The position numbers and the translations under genes are program-made. From positions 1 to 64,000 of the IMG/VR virus record IMGVR_UViG_3300042309_001504: a stretch of DNA of 64,000 nucleotides, one strand, 5' to 3'. The stretch comes from a virus. The notes under the pieces are model-generated. The model did not search any database, was not told where the DNA came from, and saw only the letters and a list, made by a program, of their open reading frames with translations. How positions within the stretch are numbered: position 1 is the first letter of the stretch; each line of letters begins with the position of its first letter. Below are positions 26,401 to 33,999 of the stretch, piece after piece.

Positions 26401-29105
26401 AAAACCAAAAAATAAAAGGAGAAAGACACACAGCCGAAATAAAATTAATAAATAAGGATATTGATGAAGCTGCAAAGAGAGCAAATGATACAAGACTAGC
26501 TGCTAAAACAGAAGCTGAAGCAAGAAAAGAAGCAAGAAAAACAAGCATAGAGACAAAATATGATAATAAAATAGAGGGTATAAATAAAACATTACGCAGC
26601 ATTATACATACCAATGGTAATAAAGATGATCTAAGTCTTATGGTGGCAGAAATGTCCGGACTTCCAGGATTATCTGAGGCTAGAGCACAGGAACTAATAG
26701 CAATAGCTAAAAGTGAATTTTTACAACAAAAAGAACAACAAGTATTATCGGAACAACAAAAACGAGACACAAAAGCAGTAACCTCTGCTGAAAAAGAGAA
26801 AAAACTTCAACAAGATCAACAAGAACGACAACAAGAAGAAGACAGAAGAATTGCAGCAATAGCTAGACAAGAAAATATATGGGTAGATCCGATAACTGGA
26901 AAAGTACAAGGAAGAACAGAGAAAGAATTAGCAGAAGCTAAAAAATATAAAGAAACAAATAGAAATGCCCCTACTACAGAAGTAGTACTGTATAAAGGAC
27001 AAGATGGTAAATGGGCCACAAAACCAGGTAAATCACTATTCCCACCAAGTGATCTAAGAAATAAATCTAAAAAAGAATTAGAAGATATGGAGAAGGCCAT
27101 AGATTTTGCTAAAAAGAATGCTAAAAAGGTTAAAGGCCAAAGACTAGCAGAAACAGAAGATAGATATCAAGAACTATTAACAAAAAATAAAAATAAAAAA
27201 CTTACTACAAATGAAACTGTGGAATATGCTAGACTAGCTAGAGAAAGAGGAGTTGATTGGAAAGAATTAAGTGGTGCTTCCGCAGGTATGGATCAGGCTA
27301 TTAGAGAAGAAAGTATAGCATCTCAAACAGCAGCAATGGATGCTATCGTAGGAGCAAATGTTTCTGCTACTACACCAGATCAAATGCGCAGAAATTTGGA
27401 TAGAAAAGAAATAGAATCTTTCGTAGAAGAAAAGAAGAATCTTCCTAGTGTGACTCCGGGAACTTTATTGGTTGGTGGTGCTATGATGGCGGGTAATGCT
27501 TTGGGTGGCGGAGGAGCTAAAATCACAGACGAACAAATAATGAATTATGGTAGTATGGAGATTCCTTGGAGTGCTAGCGAAGAATCAAATAGAAAATATG
27601 GATTCAAACCACGAACTATTAGAACACCTGGTTTAGCAAGTACTATAGACTTTTTTGCTGAAAGTAGTAATTTTATTCCGATAGGCGCCGGTTCTGTTGG
27701 AGCAGCAGCTGTTCGATCAAATGCCGCAAGATTAACTAGCAGATATGGTAAATTAGCAACTAGTGGTCGTGTTGTTGATAGTGCTGCTGCTAGAGCATTA
27801 AATACACAATCAGCAAATCAAAGTAGTAGAATAGCAAAAGCGGCACAAGAACAAGCCGCAGAGGCTACTAGACAGCGTATTGCTTCTCAAGAATTTACAC
27901 CGACTGTAAGATCATATAATACAGGATTTAGTAGAGAAGGCTATTCTCCTATGCAGTTATCCATGATGGATAATGCTCCTACTCCAATGAAGGAAGCCGG
28001 GGATTTATATTTTGATCTTGGAGGTAATCCTAGAGTAAGTACCAGTACAGTAATGTCCAGAGTCGAACAGGGCTGGGAAGATCGACAAATTGCTGATATG
28101 CTAATGAGAGAGAACTCTGCTAATATTCCCGAAAGAAAATCTTTAGTAGAAATGACAGGCGGAGAAGAAGCATTTAATACTGCTAGAATAGCAAAACAGG
28201 GCGAAGCTGAAGATGCTGCTCTCACATCACAACGAGGTCGTCCAAAGTCTCGCTATGATATTACTCCTCCAATAAGTAGTATGGATCCCTTAGAGGCGAC
28301 AAGAGCAAGAATGTCTGGAGAAACACCCACGATTTCACCAAAAGAACAAGCAGTAGTAAGAGCTGTTGAACAAAATCCATCAGCAACAGTATCTCAAATA
28401 GCAGAAACAATACGGAATGACACTGTCTATAAAAAACGTGGTGGATTAATATATGCTAGTAATGGAGCCTTAATTCCTTATTCTCCTCGTGGAACTGATA
28501 CTGTTCCGGCCATGCTAACTCCTGGTGAATTTGTTGTTAATAGAACATCCGCTCAAAAACATATGGGATTATTACGAAGTATTAATAATAATCCTAATCA
28601 ATATCTTAATAAGGGCGGAATGGTACAATATTTGGCGGAAGGTGGTTTGGGAAGAGGTGGAACCGTTTCATCCAATGGTGGCGCTATAGACTTTAGTGAA
28701 TTTTCTAATTCGGTGGGAGCTTTTGGAACATATGTTTTAACAATTCAAGATAGTTTTAGCCAAATTCAAAATCTGGACTTTGGTGTATTCAAAAGTAGTG
28801 TTGATTCATTAATATCAAGTTTTGCGGCCCTAAATGGTCCGGCCAATTTGTTTAATAATGCGGCACTAGCTTTTGGTAATAATATATCAGCAATAACAAC
28901 AGCTATAAATGCTTTAAGTAATATTCCTGATACTATAAATATTAATGGACGAATTGATATGCCAAGTAATATAACAGTATCACTAGAAGGTAATACTGGA
29001 GATTTAAGCATAGAAATTAAACGAGACATTCTAAATGCTGTAGCAAACGCACTATCTCAGGGTAATCCTGGTATTAATGTTGATAAATTAAGAGAACAAT
29101 CATAA
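17421..29105 (+). CDS. Tail tape measure protein (TP901-type core) with inserted enzyme-like domains
   Basis: 3894 aa. TP901-like core (FDKELIKL..VTG, LAQAGL, RESAETIATGLRTIFTRL, GGFRQIGK) and repeated DTVPAMLTPGEFV motifs. Confidence 0.9.
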   Translation: MASAFNLTAQLNIVGPNNLRPIISNLRQQLQGLNTNVSIGIDQNTSRNVRTVTADLVRLNSVLSQTAGVAQQVNNNLNNIGSSFTNIQRGSNNAAGGVNNVNNALTNVNRNLSQSTNFMEQFGRQSALAVRRFSAFAGATSVIYGLTRAFSSAFDEFIKFDKELIKLVQVTGQNAQSLKGLTNEITRLSTSLGVSSSELINVSSTLAQAGLTASQTKTALEALAKASLAPSFDDLTRTVEGSIAAMRQFNIGASQLEGALGSINAVAAAFAVEAGDIIAAIQRTGGVFAAASNGVSQGTDALNEFVAVFTSVRQTTRESAETIATGLRTIFTRLQRGSTINFLKEIGINLTDLEGKFVGPYKAVELLNQGLRNLDPRDLRYSQIIEELGGFRQIGKVIPLIQQFSVAQQALKVAQTGSASLAKNAAEAQLSLANQFTKVREEFLAFVRSLGESRTFRTLTSLALGLASSLISVANAFKPILPYLAILGTIRGTQAALSFGRGFIGGFGGGGGGGGPTTGGGGTTPNTPSGRGGGGQTQNPNQQNVLNNATVVANTTAITNNITSLNNNTTTLNSLINAVNSLSRGLNSAINIFARLSTQRGAFGAGGRVLGFSSGGSVPGSGNGDSVPAMLEPGEFVMNKQATKKLGSKNLNKLNKYAFGGKIKNLTTIKPDLKKFYDTDNDKDIYSQININRPVDKPSFRKTRLQYRDKAEDIWNKASSIFIETKDLEMANSYIRQKTKIDPGYYDAKELSPNNQAPARFNRIQGALAERTVTGQTRGLIKLPNIAGADFVYGNSNGTRFVEVKNKLEKTDDSDLISKALLGYAFTNSNSPQFFKNNKLDNISNLNIELRSTNPLDIAQFAGGGEVLKSKLSTIRTLLGEFYGNDQELISKSISNSMIIDEARADKIIANLESSRSQLPLFKKLFSEKSSSVGVLNGFPIARYDAIGGVQSMRFDELKDEQTIREFAKRGKLAIQASRGPVGKRITYSDQKSARRRFVNGGIVQDIASNEGLSLSDVILEKIQSLGGISGVKKIMGLGAGDRGLSSLLQAGNIKAGKNLEKAADIVNKALETKQNDIASLTKVAVAGLTPIDYNKDFKWDIGNSRTVFASARGFPNRYMADVSKMQEESSQAASKFAENVQYTSIFGNKQPLVFDFDETLVSGADILDASGKPDIPQYSNRDAVKQALGKGRLTRLGAKLKTLIDADPNFIKQTRILTARPQSTADLLSSTLKSFGLPYDTSLITGVSKGLGTDIPGAKAANLAATEKLIDDSLANVSAAKKLGKSAFLYSEPKAGGAAFDELMGQGNIEGAIVEKALGMLLGYQLDVDKLERNRAVDFPDGLGAAAQFFDIDPNIPTEVKRTLNNDSFNKAREEFGRFFTENPTRFADGGVVPALLTPGEAVIGPELAQKIGYGKLRRMNRADKYASGGQISIVPGQGNSDTYGPVPLPVGSFVIRKKATQALGFNNGGNVTTSNAQQSYYASQQSARVTSIFSSISPKLADTLQRFNENLGGTVASLGLAATTLSSQLPKLYASIDRYAGTSLLRSAEAAGITGALQQGGANLFASKNIAEQAGFGRTGTAVTVLASTIGGAVSGYLRSREEKQAENISNAIKESDKRLENIFNRLESAISLSAEERKGLNQQLLTELAGQYSALATPLENVTETFSSKISRAAESLSGAVLTFASLRTATRRSDGGIVYASKGTLVNYEPKGTDTIPAMLSKGEFVVNARSTRKNLGLLNAINKNKGGIISPNYLAIGGGLRTLADFTPFVGSILDILEGGGDILGGKRGSGFGKIGMGIGGLGLDIFSGGLGSLGKGVAKTAIKTGLPTAIGNLGRSAITRVAGGRGAAGAGAGGGMLGRLGSFAGSVANMTTGSLALAGGQGLYSYLSGGGPTASQNTRLAGLGEMFKTSLPRAAEAQLSGMTTQQLLDQRRQTQSFKEGSKEQIDFLSGQDSIVVKTRQLAELNTDRAKALGLESSKLEEYIATAKTAKGVDPTKLSEDQKKALEAEKLISEARTNLYVEAFEANSALAREEKDVLIKQALEAQKKTEQGIALSKEEQAALDNVIGKGKEYVANVTREINEKDLLKRTISAVTASTRNFTDVINNLSSSLDRASSSFETSLDRIDIAVGSRLTGRAEFGKVDRTNENVFNNLRAYTQREIAAASAGISNMFGFNRMQTGTRTNERGQVIPTTLADTLTESTLALRTLEVELPRILRSSANVADNNQNIQPQIKEALRAGGLNETTAREIATQITNKLNEPNRQGNAISFSDIANDIPGFLQTIDSLKKPVEFQAKITKIVNDNLEKFNQKLQSASDALVRAAEIRSEFERTGNDFATRLSQSLGFSTSLDQQNAAFNAEIRSLSTVIDENGRIMQQGTTDPSVLAQRIEQGNANIAAEQERFIRTNFAGNDAEVARSQYAIMKQTQAVNQSQKALEKLANDSSRASNALNKIEERRGTLESRRSGILDVIGNMNNPDYLMQLIQRAGAVSRFEQGNASMEDISLIAQNIDQILTLRGGKEGQDFLRKFGLFIERNFAKEKPELRLGEFISTAFKPETDPIVQQMAAAATEYTRIQQEAQQKLIKQQEDAAKKITDTLPTAAEIFRTTVVGAAREAAAEFMRMGNANNGQQQQQAQVQANMANIGINGNANINVLPQQPQKQEIPQIPQIQPVRPVKKAKGGMIYASNGQFINFQPRGTDTVPAMLTPGEFVVNAKSTSKHLPLLKAINNGVKGYSSGGVVYLADGGKPDEQNNAGRFVVQNGMPVDINNPMSMNQPLTRKQILEQRSKQYQDMQRARKEAYAAIEDDRRIRRYDIDLDNRRFERRQARDSEIVDLIANGDLVETARSLGDKLGFAYQYRRADGSYSPDMQESAALTAARKIKREREKEQELSRRYKPVTLMEEVIAEISGKPPEPQPLTSNEKSQFELLDRGRKIAAQAGWDINEHNKLVSEQTWGHRNPLSDSDRAAFDAYKDYEIKKQAAKTEEENQKIKGERHTAEIKLINKDIDEAAKRANDTRLAAKTEAEARKEARKTSIETKYDNKIEGINKTLRSIIHTNGNKDDLSLMVAEMSGLPGLSEARAQELIAIAKSEFLQQKEQQVLSEQQKRDTKAVTSAEKEKKLQQDQQERQQEEDRRIAAIARQENIWVDPITGKVQGRTEKELAEAKKYKETNRNAPTTEVVLYKGQDGKWATKPGKSLFPPSDLRNKSKKELEDMEKAIDFAKKNAKKVKGQRLAETEDRYQELLTKNKNKKLTTNETVEYARLARERGVDWKELSGASAGMDQAIREESIASQTAAMDAIVGANVSATTPDQMRRNLDRKEIESFVEEKKNLPSVTPGTLLVGGAMMAGNALGGGGAKITDEQIMNYGSMEIPWSASEESNRKYGFKPRTIRTPGLASTIDFFAESSNFIPIGAGSVGAAAVRSNAARLTSRYGKLATSGRVVDSAAARALNTQSANQSSRIAKAAQEQAAEATRQRIASQEFTPTVRSYNTGFSREGYSPMQLSMMDNAPTPMKEAGDLYFDLGGNPRVSTSTVMSRVEQGWEDRQIADMLMRENSANIPERKSLVEMTGGEEAFNTARIAKQGEAEDAALTSQRGRPKSRYDITPPISSMDPLEATRARMSGETPTISPKEQAVVRAVEQNPSATVSQIAETIRNDTVYKKRGGLIYASNGALIPYSPRGTDTVPAMLTPGEFVVNRTSAQKHMGLLRSINNNPNQYLNKGGMVQYLAEGGLGRGGTVSSNGGAIDFSEFSNSVGAFGTYVLTIQDSFSQIQNLDFGVFKSSVDSLISSFAALNGPANLFNNAALAFGNNISAITTAINALSNIPDTININGRIDMPSNITVSLEGNTGDLSIEIKRDILNAVANALSQGNPGINVDKLREQS

Positions 29106-29120
29106 TATAGGAATTAAATA

Positions 29121-32100
29121 ATGTCAATAAAAAAATATTATTATAAAGTTCAAGAAACCTCTAACACATTAGGCACTATTGGACTAACTCTTGATGGGGC
29201 CACAACATCATACGAAAGATTTATTGATACTATAGGAACCAACAAAGATTTTACATATAGTGTTATTAATACCTCTAATACTTTAGAGTGGGAATATGGA
29301 GTTGGTCACTTAGAAAATGTTCTTGGAAATTATATTTTAAGCAGAGATCAAATATTATCGTCATCTGCCGGAGTATCATTAGTCTCATTTAGTAGTGGTG
29401 TGAAAAATGTTGATTTAATTCCCACAGACCATAATATTACTAATTTAAGTATAGTCTCCGGCAATACGGATGTTGACTATATATCATCAACATATGCTAT
29501 AGATGCGTCTAATGGAAATTTATCTATTAATTTACCACTAATAGCAGACGGTTTTGATAATGCGTCAAATTCTCAGTCTGTAACTATTGGCTTTGTTCTT
29601 AACACTACCAGTGGAAATGTTACAGAACAAACTAATGCTGTTACTATTGTTCCCAGCGGCGCCGATACTATTGCTGGCACAGGACAATATAATATTTCTA
29701 TTAAAAATGATTATATACAATTTGTTGCTGATCCATCTTCCAATAATTGGATTTTACTAGATCCCATCCAAGACAGTATTTATCCATCAGGTGGAAATGG
29801 GGCCATTCAATTTGCAGAAAATCAAGGATTCAGTTATAGCACAGGATTATACTGGGATATTAGTAATAATTCATTGGTCGTTGGTTCAAGTGGTATAACA
29901 AATTCCACAATAGTTTTATCATCATTAACCTCATCAATATTCAATAATAAGTCTGGAGATATAGATTTTGTTATTAATGGTAGTGGAAATCAATTATTTT
30001 TAGCCGATGCATCAACAAATAGAATTGGTATAAAAACTAATAGTCCAACTCAAACATTAGATATTGTTGTTAGTGGTAACGATGGCGTTTGTGTTAGAAC
30101 AACCAGTTCATCAAGTGTTCCACAATATATTATAAAAAATAATTATACAGGATTATCTCAAGGAGATGATATTGGTTCATTAGTATTTAATGCTCTAGAT
30201 AATGCATCAAATTCCACAGACTATGCTAAAATATTAGTAGAATTTATTTCTAAAGTTAATGGAGCAGAAGAAGGAGTTCTTAAATTACAGGTTAATAAAG
30301 ACGGATCACTACAAACAGTTGCAGAATATGCTTATAGTGGTATAGTATTGGGTCATGATAATACTAATGTTAATGGTATAATTATTGGTGAACAAAATAT
30401 TAATTATGGTGATAATATTATTATTGGTTATTATAGTTCTGGTAATGCCACTAATAGTATCATTATTGGAGATAACAATTTAATTTCTTCTGGATCATTT
30501 GGGGGTATAATTGGACAAGATCATAGTTTATCAGGAGTTAATTCTTGGATACTGGGAGGATCAGGACTATCTGCAACAGGAAATAATCTTACATATTTAG
30601 CCTCTGATAGTAATAACTATATTAGTATACAATCTTCTGGCAGATTAAATTATAATGGACTAAATAGTTCCGGATTAATTTTAGCTATTACTAACGAAGA
30701 AGTATTAACTTCAGGTAATACCGATAGTATACATTTAAATTTTTATAATACTGCTGGACAACAAATTACTGGATTAAAAGTTAGTAATAAAATTACTATT
30801 CCAACCTCTGGAAATGAAACATCAGTTTTACAAATTTATGGTCAACAATCTGGTAGTAGTGTTAAAATATTAGAGATTGCTGATACTAATATTACTCTTG
30901 GAAATAATTCTTTAAGTAGTGGTAATATTATCATCGGTAATGATAATACAGTAAACGATAGCGGCAATATTATTCTTGGTAATAATGTTGTTATCAGCGG
31001 ATTAAATACCACAATATTAGGATCGTCTAATGTTGTAAATAGTGGTATTGATAATATAACTATCGTTGGAGAATCCAATACAGTAGATACTTCTGGCAAT
31101 AATAATATTACAGTAATTGGTCTTAGCAATAATGTTGATGAAGATTATTCTACAACAATAGGAATGTCAAATACTAATAGCGGATTATATAGTACCGCTA
31201 TCGGTTTTGATAATGGTGTTGATGGTTCTTATATATCTGTAATCGGAGAGCAAAATTTAGTTACAACTAATGGATCAGTAGTTTTTGGAAATAATAATAC
31301 TATTGATAATAGTGGAATTAATGCTCAGGGTTTTGCTATCGGAGCCGGTAATGATATAGATGCTTCTGGTACTGGCATAGCAATAGGATCAAACAATATT
31401 ATTTCTGGTTTTGGTGGTTCGATATATGGATTAAATAACTCTAGTTCCGGCTTAAACAATACTATCATAGGTAACAATAATACATTAAACGGATCAGGAT
31501 TATTTGTAATAGGAAACAATATTACATATTCTGGCTCTGATGGTATTTATATATCTTCCACAGGATCCAGTATAGAATTAGTATCTAATCAAGTCAAATT
31601 ATCTGGCGATATTTATATCAATAATACTGGAGTTGGTGAGTATGTTCAAGATATTATTGGTAATATAATTACTGGCACAGGTAGTGTTTCAGTATCATAT
31701 AGCGATGCCGGAAATCAGATAATAGTATCGGGACAAACCATATATAATGAAACAATTAGTATTGTGGGTAATAGCGGTTTAACAGGAAGCGGGTCATTTA
31801 CACTAAATCAAAGTTCTGGAGTATCGATTACGCTTAGTCATAATGATACATCAACTGTTAGTAATAGTGGCGTTACCAATACTAGTGGAAATGTTATACA
31901 ATCATTAAGTTTATCGTTTGATACATACGGCCACACAACTGGTTTATCAATATCATCAACAAATTTGGACTCTCGTTATGCACTAACATCACATACTCAC
32001 ACATCGTCTAATATCACAGATTTTAACAGTTCTGTCAGTGGATTGTTACCAGTTAAAGATGTTAATGGTACTGGTTATGTTGTTGTCACAGACAGTCTTG

Positions 32101-32567
32101 GAATCTACACAGTAAGCGTAACAGGGCTACAACCATCAGGATCTTATGCTGCTAGTGTTCATACTCATATATCCAGCGATATAACTAATTTCAACAGTGC
32201 GGTTAGTGGATTATTACCATCAACTCCTTATATTTTTGCTTCTGGTGGTGGCACATTAACTAGTGGAACAGCAACATTTTCGATTACTAATAATTTAGTT
32301 AGTGGAACAATTATACCACAATCTTTATCGTTTAAATTTGGACAATCAGTATACGATCTTTCTGTTAATGTCACAGGATTAGTACAACCAATTAGTATAA
32401 CTGGAGTATCTGGAGTAGCACAGGTATATTATAATAATAATTTAATTCAGGGTAGTGTAATAACGAGTGGTTCTCCATCATCATTTGATGTGTCGGTAAC
32501 TTATACCGGTATGGGATCAGGGGTAACAACCTCGATTGATTTATATGTGGTTGGTATAAAAGTATAG
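29121..32567 (+). CDS. Tail fibre/spike protein with beta-roll-like (IG..N) repeats
   Basis: VQETS.TLGT...EWEYGVG N-terminus, many IIGxxN repeats, HTH..SNITDFNSSVSGLL repeats. Confidence 0.65.
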   Translation: MSIKKYYYKVQETSNTLGTIGLTLDGATTSYERFIDTIGTNKDFTYSVINTSNTLEWEYGVGHLENVLGNYILSRDQILSSSAGVSLVSFSSGVKNVDLIPTDHNITNLSIVSGNTDVDYISSTYAIDASNGNLSINLPLIADGFDNASNSQSVTIGFVLNTTSGNVTEQTNAVTIVPSGADTIAGTGQYNISIKNDYIQFVADPSSNNWILLDPIQDSIYPSGGNGAIQFAENQGFSYSTGLYWDISNNSLVVGSSGITNSTIVLSSLTSSIFNNKSGDIDFVINGSGNQLFLADASTNRIGIKTNSPTQTLDIVVSGNDGVCVRTTSSSSVPQYIIKNNYTGLSQGDDIGSLVFNALDNASNSTDYAKILVEFISKVNGAEEGVLKLQVNKDGSLQTVAEYAYSGIVLGHDNTNVNGIIIGEQNINYGDNIIIGYYSSGNATNSIIIGDNNLISSGSFGGIIGQDHSLSGVNSWILGGSGLSATGNNLTYLASDSNNYISIQSSGRLNYNGLNSSGLILAITNEEVLTSGNTDSIHLNFYNTAGQQITGLKVSNKITIPTSGNETSVLQIYGQQSGSSVKILEIADTNITLGNNSLSSGNIIIGNDNTVNDSGNIILGNNVVISGLNTTILGSSNVVNSGIDNITIVGESNTVDTSGNNNITVIGLSNNVDEDYSTTIGMSNTNSGLYSTAIGFDNGVDGSYISVIGEQNLVTTNGSVVFGNNNTIDNSGINAQGFAIGAGNDIDASGTGIAIGSNNIISGFGGSIYGLNNSSSGLNNTIIGNNNTLNGSGLFVIGNNITYSGSDGIYISSTGSSIELVSNQVKLSGDIYINNTGVGEYVQDIIGNIITGTGSVSVSYSDAGNQIIVSGQTIYNETISIVGNSGLTGSGSFTLNQSSGVSITLSHNDTSTVSNSGVTNTSGNVIQSLSLSFDTYGHTTGLSISSTNLDSRYALTSHTHTSSNITDFNSSVSGLLPVKDVNGTGYVVVTDSLGIYTVSVTGLQPSGSYAASVHTHISSDITNFNSAVSGLLPSTPYIFASGGGTLTSGTATFSITNNLVSGTIIPQSLSFKFGQSVYDLSVNVTGLVQPISITGVSGVAQVYYNNNLIQGSVITSGSPSSFDVSVTYTGMGSGVTTSIDLYVVGIKV

Positions 32568-32589
32568 TTGTTAGATAAAGGACTAGCCT

Positions 32590-33999
32590 ATGTTAACATT
32601 AGGATCATTAACATTAGACCCGTCGCCGTTTGTATCATCTAGTTATGAATATAAATTATTAAACAATGGCAGAGTGGTAGGAGTAGTTAAAAAACTAACC
32701 CTAAGTGGTTCGATAATAAAAGAATCAGCATCAGATCTTCTTCTTGAAGCCAAAAAAATCAACGAATGGTTTGGATTACAAGCTAATAGATATATTAATA
32801 ATGTTACTATCAATGGTCAAGTATATAATTTTATTATTATTGATTCTGTTAGTATTGATAATAGTGATTGGGTAAACAAATTAACATATTCCATCCAATT
32901 GACTGCTCCACCAGAGAGCACTCTTGTAATTCCTTCTAATGTTTTGAATCTATCATATAATGATTTTATTGAACAAATAGATATAAGTGAAACATTGGAG
33001 TTAGAATCAGATAAACAAGGAACATATTATATAGCTGCTAATGGTTTTAAAACCGTTAACGGAACAGTAAAATGGAGTTGTAAAATAGGAGTAACTTGTC
33101 GTAGATCATCAACAAACTCTGCTATTAAAAATGCTGAGAATGTTTTGAGAAGAATTATATTAACAACTCCTGATAGAAAAGAATTTGATGAATATAAATT
33201 ATGGAATAAATTTTTACAAACCAGATCCATAAATATGAATGCTAGTAATGGATCCATAGATTTTGATTGTTCTGTTGTTATGATACCAGATACAATTATA
33301 AATAATTGTCTAGTTTCTTTTAATGAGTCAAATAGTCATAATTATGTGGAAAATAGCCATACAAAATCTTTTAATATGGAAATAGAAGGATTGGTGCCTA
33401 TAAATTGGTCGGATATTATAAATATATCATCATCTTGTTTACCAGGTAAATATGATGCAGCATATCAATTTGCAAATAGTATCGTTGGTGCGTACAGAAG
33501 TCCAGATAGTTATCAATCCTTAGACTTAATTTTGCAAAAACTAAATTGTCCAATTTTTTGTAATACTTCTACGGATGCCTTTTGTTATTCTCCGAGAAAT
33601 TCCACAGTAACACACTCTATAGTTGATGGTTCTGTAGGATTAAATTTTGAATGGGGATCTGATCGCAATAACTGTAATAACAATGGTATTTCTGTGGAAA
33701 TAGAAGAAACGATGGCATCATATAATCAAAGCATTAAAGAATTTACAAGTTGGGCTATGCCATATACCATAATACAAAATCTTAATTGTACGAAAGCGCT
33801 GATAAAAAGTTTTCAAATTTCTGCACAAAGTAGATATCAGTGTCCTAATAGCTTAGTCAGATCAGAAGCAACGAATGCCGCATCGAATGTTTATAATTTA
33901 TTACCATCAGAAGGAGAGTGGTTTTTAGTTAAACATACATCTTCTGAAACTAATACTTCCTACACTATTAATATGGACTTTGTAAGAGTATGCCCATAG
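32590..33999 (+). CDS. Distal tail / baseplate-region protein
   Basis: Beta-rich 469 aa after TMP; paralogous N-terminus with the next gene. Confidence 0.45.
   Translation: MLTLGSLTLDPSPFVSSSYEYKLLNNGRVVGVVKKLTLSGSIIKESASDLLLEAKKINEWFGLQANRYINNVTINGQVYNFIIIDSVSIDNSDWVNKLTYSIQLTAPPESTLVIPSNVLNLSYNDFIEQIDISETLELESDKQGTYYIAANGFKTVNGTVKWSCKIGVTCRRSSTNSAIKNAENVLRRIILTTPDRKEFDEYKLWNKFLQTRSINMNASNGSIDFDCSVVMIPDTIINNCLVSFNESNSHNYVENSHTKSFNMEIEGLVPINWSDIINISSSCLPGKYDAAYQFANSIVGAYRSPDSYQSLDLILQKLNCPIFCNTSTDAFCYSPRNSTVTHSIVDGSVGLNFEWGSDRNNCNNNGISVEIEETMASYNQSIKEFTSWAMPYTIIQNLNCTKALIKSFQISAQSRYQCPNSLVRSEATNAASNVYNLLPSEGEWFLVKHTSSETNTSYTINMDFVRVCP

Noticed and set aside
19214-29029. Multiple - strand ORFs within the TMP gene (e.g. 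21086..21670, 23225..23890)
   Set aside because: Antisense shadows arising from the codon bias of the TMP
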